From: Thermoanaerobaculia bacterium
GTDB lineage: Bacteria; Acidobacteriota; Thermoanaerobaculia; UBA5066
DNA: 64,000 bases
Direction of reading: 5' to 3'
Assembly: GCA_963719225.1 (NCBI GenBank)
Contig: CAVRAY010000001.1
Coordinates: 3,008,001 to 3,072,000, forward strand
Shown: positions 9,900-18,688 of the stretch, piece after piece
How the letters are laid out: the number at the start of each line of letters is the position of its first letter
Position numbering within the stretch: the stretch's first letter is position 1
The notes under the pieces: model-generated
What the model saw: the letters and a program-made list of their open reading frames with translations, nothing else
Databases searched by the model: none
What the model was told of the DNA's origin: nothing
Made by a program: the position numbers and the translations under genes

Positions 9900-10565
9900 C
9901 TAGTCCTTCCCGAGCGCGGTGAGAGCGGCGGCCATCAGCTCGGGCGCCTCGGGCGCGTCTTCGGGAAGAGGCTCTTTTTTCCGGGGAGGAACGGACACCT
10001 GCGCCAAACGCTTTTCGCCTCCCAGTAGCGTGAGGACCGGGAATTCCTCGGGCGCGAGCCCGTCGTCCTCCAGCCCCTGGCGGATGTACTCGGCCGCAGC
10101 AGGCAGGAGGAAGTAGTCGGTCTCCTCGGCGAGGCGGGAGAGGTTGCACCGCACCGTCTTTCGCGAAACATCCTGGTCGAAATACCGGAACGTGGACGCC
10201 GGCGATGAGGCGGTGATCCGCCCTCCCGGGCCGCCGTGCATGAACCGCAGGGGCGGCCCGAGGTCCAGGCGAATCTCGTCCTGCATGACGTCCCGCCCGT
10301 CGACGCCCCGCACGACCTCGTGCCGGAGGATGAGGTCGCTTCGGACGAGACCGCGCACGAGCCAGGCGCTGCGCCGCGCGTTCTCGGCCTTCACGGACAC
10401 CTTCGCGAGGTCGCAGACGCGGTTCCCTCGGCCGTCCACGACGCGCTCGAGCGTGATTTTCGGAGGCTCTTCGGCATTCAAAATCCGCCCTGCGATCAAA
10501 ATAGAACAAGAGAAGAAAAGTGGATTTCTTAGAAAGGAAGAACGGCGAGAATGCTGGCGGTTCAG
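9900..10565 (-). CDS. Hypothetical exported protein (third gene of orphan trio)
   Basis: ORF with hydrophobic N-terminus ending A-EEP; AAGGAGG 6 nt before a CTG overlapping the upstream stop; start inferred. Confidence 0.55.
   Translation of the reverse strand: MNRQHSRRSSFLRNPLFFSCSILIAGRILNAEEPPKITLERVVDGRGNRVCDLAKVSVKAENARRSAWLVRGLVRSDLILRHEVVRGVDGRDVMQDEIRLDLGPPLRFMHGGPGGRITASSPASTFRYFDQDVSRKTVRCNLSRLAEETDYFLLPAAAEYIRQGLEDDGLAPEEFPVLTLLGGEKRLAQVSVPPRKKEPLPEDAPEAPELMAAALTALGKD
10508..10540 (+). repeat. Dispersed element, single copy
   Basis: AAGAGAAGAAAAGTGGATTTCTTAGAAAGGAAG, core 10526-10534. Confidence 0.75.
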
Positions 10566-11446
10566 TTGACGCCTCCTTTCGGCGGCGGGAACGCCGGGGG
10601 TGCTGGGAACGGCACGAGGTCCAGAGGAAGACGCGCGAGGGCGCGCCACGGCGAAAGGTCCGCGGGAGCGGCGGAGTCCGGCTCGAAGACGACCGTCCTC
10701 TTGTCAAGCGGCTGCAGCTGGTCGAGGAATGCAATGTTGACCGCCAGCAACGGATCCCGGAGGTGATACGCCGGGAAGTCCCCGAGCGAGCGGTTGCTTT
10801 CAACGGACATCTTCAGAAGCGCCGCGAGGTCGCGTCGCTCGTCCTCATCGAACGTTCCGCCCGCGATCTCGGTGAGGGAGGCACGGACGGTCCGGCTCCC
10901 GAAGTCGTCGATGAAGTACTCGAGGGTGCCGCCCGGCGCCCGCACGCGATTGCGCATCCCGTCGCAGAGCGCGGCGTCGGCCGCGTTCTCGGGAAGAGAA
11001 GATCGCCCCGACGACCAGACCTCGAAGGCAGTCCGAGCCGATGCGACGCGCGCAAAGGTTCGCTCTTCCTCGAGGTGGCGCTCGTCCACGTGGCCGCTCG
11101 ACGACTCGAGGACGTATTGCACCCCGGAGGGCATCGTCACGAGGAGGAGGTTGCGCGAGGGCCAGAAGCGCCGCCACTCCTCCGTGAGGGCCGCGTACCG
11201 CAGGACGACCCAGCGCGCCCGAAAGAGGGGCTGCGCGTCCGGCGGTGCCGCCTTCTCGCGGGCGACGAAGCTGGCATCGCCCTGCAGGAAGGCCCGGCCC
11301 CGGAATGAGTCGAACCAGTCCGGCTCTTCCGCCCGGAGCGCGGCCGATACCGCACAATGCAGGGCGGCCACGCTCAATGTCAGGGCGAAGAGATTCTTCG
11401 AAAGGGAGAGAAAGCGTCCGTCGAACCGGGCCCTCGCGGTCCTCAT
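10562..11446 (-). CDS. Hypothetical exported protein, paralog of 11443-12294
   Basis: ATGA coupling; signal peptide ending RA-EEP; aligns by eye along its length with the neighbour. Confidence 0.7.
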   Translation of the reverse strand: MRTARARFDGRFLSLSKNLFALTLSVAALHCAVSAALRAEEPDWFDSFRGRAFLQGDASFVAREKAAPPDAQPLFRARWVVLRYAALTEEWRRFWPSRNLLLVTMPSGVQYVLESSSGHVDERHLEEERTFARVASARTAFEVWSSGRSSLPENAADAALCDGMRNRVRAPGGTLEYFIDDFGSRTVRASLTEIAGGTFDEDERRDLAALLKMSVESNRSLGDFPAYHLRDPLLAVNIAFLDQLQPLDKRTVVFEPDSAAPADLSPWRALARLPLDLVPFPAPPAFPPPKGGVN

Positions 11447-12294
11447 TGCATCGGGCTCTCCGGCGGCAATGCCGGGAAGGGCGGAAGGTCCTGCGGCAGG
11501 TACGTCAGCGTGCGCCACGGCGCAAGGTCGCCTGGAGGGGCGTCCTCGGGTACCAGCGCGAGGTCCCGCCTATCGGGCGGAACATTCGATCTTTCCATGA
11601 AGAGATAGCTCCAGGCGATACGGATGCCGGATGAGAAGCCCGGCGCGGGACCGGAGCCGCCGCCGAGGCTGGGAATATCCAGCGAACGCAGGCGGTCGAG
11701 CTCCCTGACCTCGTCGCGCGAAAAGACCGCGTCGCGAATCTCGGCGAGCGCGACGGAGACGGTTCGCGAACGGATGTCCTGCAGGCGCACGCGACTGATT
11801 TCCTGGCCACCCCCGATGAACCGGTAACGTGTCCCCGCGCACGCCTGTTCGGGCAGTGTGCCGGGTTCATTCGCGTTCGACGCATCCGATTCGCGAGGAT
11901 CCACGGTCGCCCAGCTCTCGAAGGCGAGCCCGCGGCTCGCACTCGAGAGACGCGTCCATGCCCGAGGTGCATCGAGGTGCTCCAGATCGGCAACGTCCGA
12001 TGTGATCTCGGCGACAAACCGGTTTCCCGAATCCGCTTCGATCAGGAAGAGGCTGCGTGTCGGCCACCAGCGTCGCTCCGCATCCCCCGTCCATGCTTTC
12101 ACTCGAAGAAGAAGGTGCCGCACGCGGAAGAGAGCCGGCGACCCGGGGCGCACGGGCTTCTCCTTGACGACATAAGACCGGTCCACCTCGACGAAGGTCC
12201 TGTCCTTCAGGTTTGCGAAGTAGTCGTGAGGCTCCTCGGCACGCATCGCGGCCGAGATCGCGCAGAACGCGAGTAGCACTTTCCGGCCTTTCAT
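11443..12294 (-). CDS. Hypothetical exported protein, paralog of 10562-11446
   Basis: ATGA overlap with suhB stop; MKGRKVLLAFCAISAAMRA-EEP signal peptide. Confidence 0.7.
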   Translation of the reverse strand: MKGRKVLLAFCAISAAMRAEEPHDYFANLKDRTFVEVDRSYVVKEKPVRPGSPALFRVRHLLLRVKAWTGDAERRWWPTRSLFLIEADSGNRFVAEITSDVADLEHLDAPRAWTRLSSASRGLAFESWATVDPRESDASNANEPGTLPEQACAGTRYRFIGGGQEISRVRLQDIRSRTVSVALAEIRDAVFSRDEVRELDRLRSLDIPSLGGGSGPAPGFSSGIRIAWSYLFMERSNVPPDRRDLALVPEDAPPGDLAPWRTLTYLPQDLPPFPALPPESPMQ

Positions 12295-13109
12295 AGATCC
12301 TTCTCTTCGACTCCGGTCGCCCGCATGACCTCGAGAAGCGCCGCGTGGACGCCGGGCGTCGCGGCGAGGACGTTGCCGCGCGTCCGCCACGATGCGCCGC
12401 CGTCGAAGTCCGTGAGGACGCCGCCCGCCTCCTCGACGAGGAGCGCGCCGGCCGCCGTGTCCCACGGCGACAGGCCGAACTCGAAGAAGCCGTCGAAGAT
12501 GCCCCCTGCGACGTAGGCGAGGTCGAGCGCGGCGCTGCCGGCCCGGCGGAGCGAACGCGATTTCAAAAAGACCGCCCGGAAGATCGAGAGATAAAGGTCG
12601 ATCTTATGCTGCTGCCGGAACGGAAAGCCCGTCGCGAGCGCCGCGCCCCCGAGGCCTTCGCGCGGAGGCACGCGGAGCCGTTGTCCGTTGCGGAAGGCTC
12701 CCGCGCCCGCTTCGGCGGCGAAGAGGTCCTTCTTGACGGGGTCCCACACGACGCCGGCTTCGAGGGACCCGAGGAGGCCGCCCCGGGTGCGCGCGATCGA
12801 GACGGCCCAGTGCGGAAAGCCGCGCACGAAGTTCGCCGTGCCGTCGAGCGGATCGACGATCCACGACGGAGCCGTCTCGTCCGCCCCCGTGAGCCCGGTT
12901 TCCTCTCCGAGAAAGCGGTCGCTGGGAAACGCGCCGAGGAGCACGCGCCGTATGACGGCCTCGCTCTCACGGTCCGCGATCGAAACGACGTCGTTCTTCG
13001 ACTTCTCCTCGACGCGCGCCGGATCGAGCCGTCCAAAGTGAGCGAGAAGGACCTCTCCGGCCTCGCGCGCGGCATCGATCGCGGCGTCGACCGGGCGCGG
13101 GCCGCTCAA
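12291..13109 (-). CDS. suhB: Inositol monophosphatase family protein
   Basis: GEE, WIVDPLDGTANF, GSAALDL, WDTAAG..LVEEAGG motifs. Confidence 0.9.
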   Translation of the reverse strand: MSGPRPVDAAIDAAREAGEVLLAHFGRLDPARVEEKSKNDVVSIADRESEAVIRRVLLGAFPSDRFLGEETGLTGADETAPSWIVDPLDGTANFVRGFPHWAVSIARTRGGLLGSLEAGVVWDPVKKDLFAAEAGAGAFRNGQRLRVPPREGLGGAALATGFPFRQQHKIDLYLSIFRAVFLKSRSLRRAGSAALDLAYVAGGIFDGFFEFGLSPWDTAAGALLVEEAGGVLTDFDGGASWRTRGNVLAATPGVHAALLEVMRATGVEEKDL

Positions 13110-13936
13110 TGGAACACGGGCGGCTCGTCCTCCTCCGCCATCTTCTCGGACGCGGCCTGGGCCTGCACCGATTCCGGGAAGCGCTCGACGATCTCAGCCC
13201 ACACCGCGCGGGCAAGCCCGCGGACTCCCAGCTCTTCGGCGAGTTCGGCGCGCGACAGGAGGTTCTCGGGCTCGTCCGGGCGCAGCGCCGACAGGAACGT
13301 CACGGCCCGAAAACGTCCGGCCTCGTCGCCGGTTCTCCCGCGGCAGCCGGACAGGTTGCGAAGGACGCGCTCGAGAAGCGCCGGCAGCTCCAGCTGCCGG
13401 AGATACTCGGCGCGCCAGGGAACGCGCCCGCCCGCGAGAGACTTCACCTTGCGCCGGCAGTCGTCCACCGTGAGCGGGACACCTCCGGCGAAGGGGTCGG
13501 CGAGGGTTCCGGGCGGCGTCCCGACGCGCACGATGAAATGACCCGGAAGGCCGATTCCCGCGACCGGAATTCCCGCGCGGCGGCCGACCTCCATCCAGAG
13601 AATCGACAGCAGGATCGGCATTCCCTTGCGCCGCTCGAGAAGCGGCCCGAAGAGCACGTTGCGCGGGTCGTAATAGTCGTCCTCGTCGCCGGCGAATCCG
13701 AGCTCCTCGGAGAGAACACGTGCGAGGAGCCGCGCCTTCTGGAAGGACGAGCGCGTCCCGGCCGCGCGCGCGCGGACCGCGGACGCGGCCTCGTCGAGAA
13801 GCGCTTCGGCCGGCCGACGCGCCCCGGGACGCGTGCCCTCGATCGAGAACATCGCCCCGATGAGGTCGTCACGGCGCACGGCCTCGAGGAACTCGGCGAG
13901 ATCCCGCTCGTCCTCGCGCGCCCAGAGCTCTTTCAT
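13106..13936 (-). CDS. SirB1/transglutaminase-like core protein with TPR
   Basis: GFAGDEDDYYDPRN, G.PILLS, GIGLPGHF, DPF motifs. Confidence 0.85.
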   Translation of the reverse strand: MKELWAREDERDLAEFLEAVRRDDLIGAMFSIEGTRPGARRPAEALLDEAASAVRARAAGTRSSFQKARLLARVLSEELGFAGDEDDYYDPRNVLFGPLLERRKGMPILLSILWMEVGRRAGIPVAGIGLPGHFIVRVGTPPGTLADPFAGGVPLTVDDCRRKVKSLAGGRVPWRAEYLRQLELPALLERVLRNLSGCRGRTGDEAGRFRAVTFLSALRPDEPENLLSRAELAEELGVRGLARAVWAEIVERFPESVQAQAASEKMAEEDEPPVFH

Positions 13937-13944
13937 CGCACCAC

Positions 13945-13961
13945 CTAGAATCCCATTCTAG
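13945..13961. promoter_or_regulatory. Palindrome CTAGAAT-ccc-ATTCTAG carrying a TAGAAT -10 box on each strand (bidirectional promoter candidate)
   Basis: Perfect 7-bp arms in the 24-bp gap between divergent genes. Confidence 0.55.
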
Positions 13962-15262
13962 TGAACGCGGCCCGTCCGCGCGTCGTGATCGTGGGCGGGG
14001 GCTTCGGGGGCCTCCGCACGGCCCGTCGCCTTCGCCAGCTCCCCGTCGAGGTCACCGTCCTCGACCGAAGGAACTTCCATCTCTTCCAGCCCCTCCTCTA
14101 CCAGGTCGCGACGGGCGCGCTCTCGCCGGCGAACATCGCCGCGCCTCTTCGGGCGATCCTGAAGCGCAGCCGCAACACCCGCGTGCTGCTCGAGGACGTG
14201 ACCGGATTCGATGCCGCGGCCCGCCGCGTTCTGACGACGAACGGCGAATTCCCGTACGACATCCTCGTCGTCGCGGCCGGGGTGCGCCACCACTACTTCG
14301 GACACGACGATTGGGAGTCCGCGGCCCCCGGCTTGAAGACGCTCGAGGACGCGGTCGAGATCCGGCGCCGTATCCTGCTCGCCTTCGAACGGGCGGAGAC
14401 CGCAACGGATCCCGCGGAGCGACGCGCTCTCCTCACGTTCGTGATCGTGGGCGCCGGACCCACGGGAGTCGAGCTCGCGGGAGCGCTCGGCGAGATCGCG
14501 CGCCACACGCTGCGTCGCGAGTTTCGCGCGATCGACCCTTCGGAGGCTCGCATCCTCCTCGTCGAGGGAGGTCCGCGCGTCCTGCCCGCGTATCCGCCGG
14601 AGCTTTCCACGAAGGCGCAGAAAGCGCTCGCCACCCTCGGCGTCGACGTGTCGCTCGACACGAGCGTCACGGACGTGAAGGAAGCCGCAGTCACGGTCTC
14701 CCGGGCTGGAGTCCCCGAGACGATCGCGGCCCGGACGATTCTCTGGGCTGCCGGCGTGGCGGCGTCTCCGCTGGCGGCCTCGCTCGCCTCGGCGACGGGG
14801 GCGAAAACCGACCGCGCGGGCCGTCTCCCCGTGAATCCCGACCTGACGCTTCCCGGACGTCCGGAGATCTTCGTGATCGGCGACATGGCGGCGCTCACGG
14901 ACGAAGAGGGCCGCCCGCTGCCCGGAGTCGCGCCCGTCGCCATGCAGCAGGGCCGGTACGTCGCGCGCGTCCTCACGGCGCGCCTCGCGGGGCGTCCGGC
15001 CCCCGCGCCGTTCCGCTACCACGACAAGGGGAGCATGGCGACGATCGGCCGCGGCCGCGCGGTCGCGGATCTCGGGTTCCTTCGCATCGCGGGATATCCG
15101 GCGTGGCTCGCGTGGCTCTTCATCCACCTCATGTATCTCGTGCAGTTCGGGAACCGGATCCTGACCCTCGTCCAGTGGGCGTGGAATTACGTGACGTGGA
15201 ATCGGTCGGCGCGGCTCATCACGGGGCCTAGTGCCGCTTCACGATCGAGTCGAGGATCATGA
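13961..15262 (+). CDS. ndh: Type II NADH:quinone oxidoreductase
   Basis: GGGFGG, FQPLLYQVATG, GAGPTGVELAG, IFVIGD, LPGVAPVAMQQG motifs. Confidence 0.92.
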   Translation: MNAARPRVVIVGGGFGGLRTARRLRQLPVEVTVLDRRNFHLFQPLLYQVATGALSPANIAAPLRAILKRSRNTRVLLEDVTGFDAAARRVLTTNGEFPYDILVVAAGVRHHYFGHDDWESAAPGLKTLEDAVEIRRRILLAFERAETATDPAERRALLTFVIVGAGPTGVELAGALGEIARHTLRREFRAIDPSEARILLVEGGPRVLPAYPPELSTKAQKALATLGVDVSLDTSVTDVKEAAVTVSRAGVPETIAARTILWAAGVAASPLAASLASATGAKTDRAGRLPVNPDLTLPGRPEIFVIGDMAALTDEEGRPLPGVAPVAMQQGRYVARVLTARLAGRPAPAPFRYHDKGSMATIGRGRAVADLGFLRIAGYPAWLAWLFIHLMYLVQFGNRILTLVQWAWNYVTWNRSARLITGPSAASRSSRGS

Positions 15263-15662
15263 GGAACGCGTTCTCCTGGTTCGGCTCCGTCTTGTTGATG
15301 ACGGCGAGGCAGGAGCCCTCCGGAAAGAGCTGGTGGAGCTCCTCGGCGGGCCGGCTCGAGAGGATCACGATCCGCCGGCAGGCGACGCCGCGGCCCTTCG
15401 CGAGCTCGAACATCTTCCGCCCGCCGAAGAGCGGCAGCTCGAGGTCGATGAGAAGAAGGCTCACGTCGGCACCGAGCGCCGCGAGCGCCTCGATGGGATC
15501 GCGGTAGAACTCGAACGAGACGGCCGGCCCGTAGCGGCACGCGAGGACCGCGCGCCAGGCCTCCGCATAGAGCGGGGAATCGTCCACGAGGACGACCCGC
15601 TTCGGCTTCCCCGCCGCGACCGGGACCTCCGAGGACACGGGCTTCAGATAGGGCTCGCTCAA
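15228..15662 (-). CDS. Stand-alone response-regulator receiver protein
   Basis: VVLVDD, LLIDLELP..GG, ILSS, INK receiver motifs; TTG start overlapping pyrC stop. Confidence 0.75.
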   Translation of the reverse strand: MSEPYLKPVSSEVPVAAGKPKRVVLVDDSPLYAEAWRAVLACRYGPAVSFEFYRDPIEALAALGADVSLLLIDLELPLFGGRKMFELAKGRGVACRRIVILSSRPAEELHQLFPEGSCLAVINKTEPNQENAFLMILDSIVKRH

Positions 15663-16972
15663 CGGGCGGCTCCCGCCACGCCTGCGCCGCGCGCGTAGAT
15701 CTCGCGCCCCCCCACGAACGTGCGCTCGATGCGTCCGCGCAGAGTGCGCGCGGTCCATGGCGAGTTCTTCGATCGGCTCACGAAGCCGTCGGGCGTGACA
15801 TGCGTCGACTTCGTCGTCGAGAACACGACGACGTCGGCGGGCGCCCCTTCCCCGAGCGTGCCGCCCGGAAGGGAGAAGACGCGCGCGGGAGCGGTCGACA
15901 GCACGTCGACGAGCCGCATGAGCGTGATCGCCCGGGGCACGAGAAGCGCGTCGACGAGGACCGGCAGGGCGGTCTCCAGGCCGGTCACGCCGAAGGGAGC
16001 GTCCTCGAACTCGAGAGCTTTCTCGTCCTCGTGGTGGGGAGCGTGATCGGTCGCGACCGCATCGATCGTTCCCTCCACGAGCGCGGCGACCAAGGCCGCG
16101 CGGTCGATCTCGGACCTCAGCGGCGGGTTCATCTTGAAGCGCGTATCGTAGCCGGAGCGCACGACGTCCTCGTCGGTCAGCGTGAGGTGGTGCGGCGTCA
16201 CCTCGCACGTCACCGCGACTCCGGCCCGCCGCGCGGCGCGGATCGCGTCGAGGCTTTCGCGCGTCGAGACGTGAGCGACGTGAAGGCGCGCTTTCGTGAG
16301 CGCCGCAAGCTGAACGTCGCGCGCGACCATCGCGGACTCGCCGACGTTCGGCCAGCCCGGCAACCCGAGGCGGGTCGAGGCCCAGCCCTCGTTCATGACG
16401 CCGCCGCCCACGACCGCGGCGTCCTCCTCGTGGACGACGACGGGCAGGCCGAACATCCAGGCGTACTCGAGGGCCCGCCGCATCAGCATGCCGTTCGCGA
16501 TCGGCTTTCCGTCGTCGGAGACGGCGACGATGCCCTCGGCTTTCATCGAGCCGATCTCGGCGAGCGCGAGGCCTTGAAGCCCTTTCGTAACGGCGCCGAT
16601 CGGGTGGACGCGCACGACGGCGGTTTCCCGGATGCGCCGGACGAGGAAGGCAACCGAAGGCGCGTCGTCGAGAACGGGCATCGTGTTCGCCATCGCGCAG
16701 ACCGTCGTGAAGCCTCCCGCCGCCGCGGCGCGCGTGCCGGTCGCGACAGTCTCCTTGTATTCGAAGCCCGGCTCGCGAAGGTGCGCATGGAGATCCACGA
16801 ATCCCGGCGCGACGACGAGGCCCGCGGCGTCCACGACGTCGGCCCCTTTCGCCGCAATCTTCTCGTCCACTTTCGCGACGACGCCGTCGCGGAGAAGGAC
16901 GTCCAGAGTCTGGTCGAGGTTGCGGGAGGGGTCCACGACGCGTCCGCCCCTCAGGAGCACGGCTTCACTCAT
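15659..16972 (-). CDS. pyrC: Dihydroorotase
   Basis: [31 protein letters not shown]; in pyr operon. Confidence 0.95.
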   Translation of the reverse strand: MSEAVLLRGGRVVDPSRNLDQTLDVLLRDGVVAKVDEKIAAKGADVVDAAGLVVAPGFVDLHAHLREPGFEYKETVATGTRAAAAGGFTTVCAMANTMPVLDDAPSVAFLVRRIRETAVVRVHPIGAVTKGLQGLALAEIGSMKAEGIVAVSDDGKPIANGMLMRRALEYAWMFGLPVVVHEEDAAVVGGGVMNEGWASTRLGLPGWPNVGESAMVARDVQLAALTKARLHVAHVSTRESLDAIRAARRAGVAVTCEVTPHHLTLTDEDVVRSGYDTRFKMNPPLRSEIDRAALVAALVEGTIDAVATDHAPHHEDEKALEFEDAPFGVTGLETALPVLVDALLVPRAITLMRLVDVLSTAPARVFSLPGGTLGEGAPADVVVFSTTKSTHVTPDGFVSRSKNSPWTARTLRGRIERTFVGGREIYARGAGVAGAAR

Positions 16973-17942
16973 CGCCGCTCGCTCCGATCAGGAGATAGAG
17001 GACGGCCATCCGGACCGCGACGCCGTTTTCGACCTGCTCGAGAATCACGGAGTCGGGCCCGTCCGCCACGGCGGAGTCGATCTCGACCCCGCGGTTCATC
17101 GGGCCGGGGTGCATCACGATCGCGTCTTTCTTCGCGAGGCGCCTCCGCTCGGGCGTCAGGCCGAAAAGATCGAAGTACTCCTTGTCGGAGGGGAACCCGA
17201 GGCCGCCGCCCCGTTCCTTCTGGACGCGCAGGATCATGACGACGTCCGCGCCTTCGACGGCCTCTTCCAGCCGCGTCACGACGCGCGCGCCCGTGCGCTC
17301 GATTTCGACGGGCAGCAGCGTCGCCGGGCCGAAGAGCGTGACGCCCGCGCCCATCTTCGTCAGAAGAGACAGGTTCGAGCGGGCGACCCGGCTGTGCGAG
17401 ATGTCGCCACAGATCGCGACCCTGAGTCCCGCGAGCGAGCCTTTCGCCCGGCGGATCGTGAAGGCATCCAGCAAGGCCTGCGTGGGATGCGCGTGCGCGC
17501 CGTCGCCCGCGTTCACGACCGCGCACGGGAGGTTCCGCGCCAGGAGGTGGGGGGCTCCCGCGCGCTGGTGGCGGATGACGATCGCGTCCGGCGCCATCGC
17601 CATGAGGTTCCGCCCCGTATCGAGCAGTGTTTCTCCCTTCGCGACCGACGTCCCCGTGGCGGAGAGGGCGATCGAGTCCGCGGAGAGCCGCCGCTCGGCG
17701 ATCTCGAACGAGAAACGCGTGCGCGTGGAGTTCTCGAAGAAGAGGTTCGCGACGAGCTTGCCGCGGAGGGTCGGGACTTTCTTGATGGAGCGCTGGTTGA
17801 TCTCGCGCATCGACTCGGCCGTGTCGAGGACGAGCCGGATGTCGTCCACCGTGATCGACTCGATGTCGAGAAGGTCCTTCCGCGAGAACGTGGGCAAGCG
17901 CGGGATGGCCGGCTCCGGGTTCTCGCTTCGCTTCGTGGTCAC
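16965..17942 (-). CDS. pyrB: Aspartate carbamoyltransferase catalytic subunit
   Basis: [39 protein letters not shown]. Confidence 0.96.
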   Translation of the reverse strand: MTTKRSENPEPAIPRLPTFSRKDLLDIESITVDDIRLVLDTAESMREINQRSIKKVPTLRGKLVANLFFENSTRTRFSFEIAERRLSADSIALSATGTSVAKGETLLDTGRNLMAMAPDAIVIRHQRAGAPHLLARNLPCAVVNAGDGAHAHPTQALLDAFTIRRAKGSLAGLRVAICGDISHSRVARSNLSLLTKMGAGVTLFGPATLLPVEIERTGARVVTRLEEAVEGADVVMILRVQKERGGGLGFPSDKEYFDLFGLTPERRRLAKKDAIVMHPGPMNRGVEIDSAVADGPDSVILEQVENGVAVRMAVLYLLIGASGDE

Positions 17943-17956
17943 GCCGTGCGCACCGC

Positions 17957-18586
17957 CTATTTCTTCGAACGCCGCTTCGGGCCCTTTTTCGCGGCCGGCG
18001 CGACGGCTCGCCGCGCGGCCTTCGCGGCGGCCTCGCGGTCCAGCAGCCAGACGTCATCGTCCCCGTCCGTTTCCCGGAACGTGACCGAGACGATCTCCGT
18101 CGCCGAGGTCGCGACCCTCTTGCCGACGAACTGCGCCTCGATGGGCAGCTCGCGGCGGCCCCGGTCGACGAGGACGGCGAGGAGGATCTTCCGCGGACGG
18201 CCGAAATCGAGGATGGCGTCCATCGCGGCACGCACCGTGCGGCCCGTGTAGATGACGTCGTCGCACAGGATGACCGTGCGGCGCTCGACGGGGAACGGAA
18301 TCTCGGTCTTCTTCAGGACGGGGGAGGCCGCGACCGTGGAGAGGTCGTCGCGATAGAGCGTGATGTCGAGGAGCCCGACGGGTATGCGCACGCGCTCGAT
18401 GCGCTCGATCTCGGCCGCGAGGCGCCGGGCGAGCGGGACTCCCCGCGTTCGGATTCCGATCAGAACGAAACCCTCGGTCCCGCCTTCGGCCTCGACGATC
18501 TCGCGGGCCATGCGGGCGACCGCCCGCCCCTGGCCGGCGCCATCGAGCAGCCGGAGCTTCCGGTAGGTCCCCGCGGCTTCGCCCAT
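17957..18586 (-). CDS. pyrR: Bifunctional pyr regulator / uracil phosphoribosyltransferase
   Basis: [35 protein letters not shown]. Confidence 0.95.
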   Translation of the reverse strand: MGEAAGTYRKLRLLDGAGQGRAVARMAREIVEAEGGTEGFVLIGIRTRGVPLARRLAAEIERIERVRIPVGLLDITLYRDDLSTVAASPVLKKTEIPFPVERRTVILCDDVIYTGRTVRAAMDAILDFGRPRKILLAVLVDRGRRELPIEAQFVGKRVATSATEIVSVTFRETDGDDDVWLLDREAAAKAARRAVAPAAKKGPKRRSKK

Positions 18587-18688
18587 GAGCGCGCGGACTA
18601 TACAACCGATTCGGCGGCGCCGAACGCACCCCTTAACATAGGTCGCTGTCCGCCCTTTCGTCCTGCGTCTCGCCGCCCTCCGCCTCGA

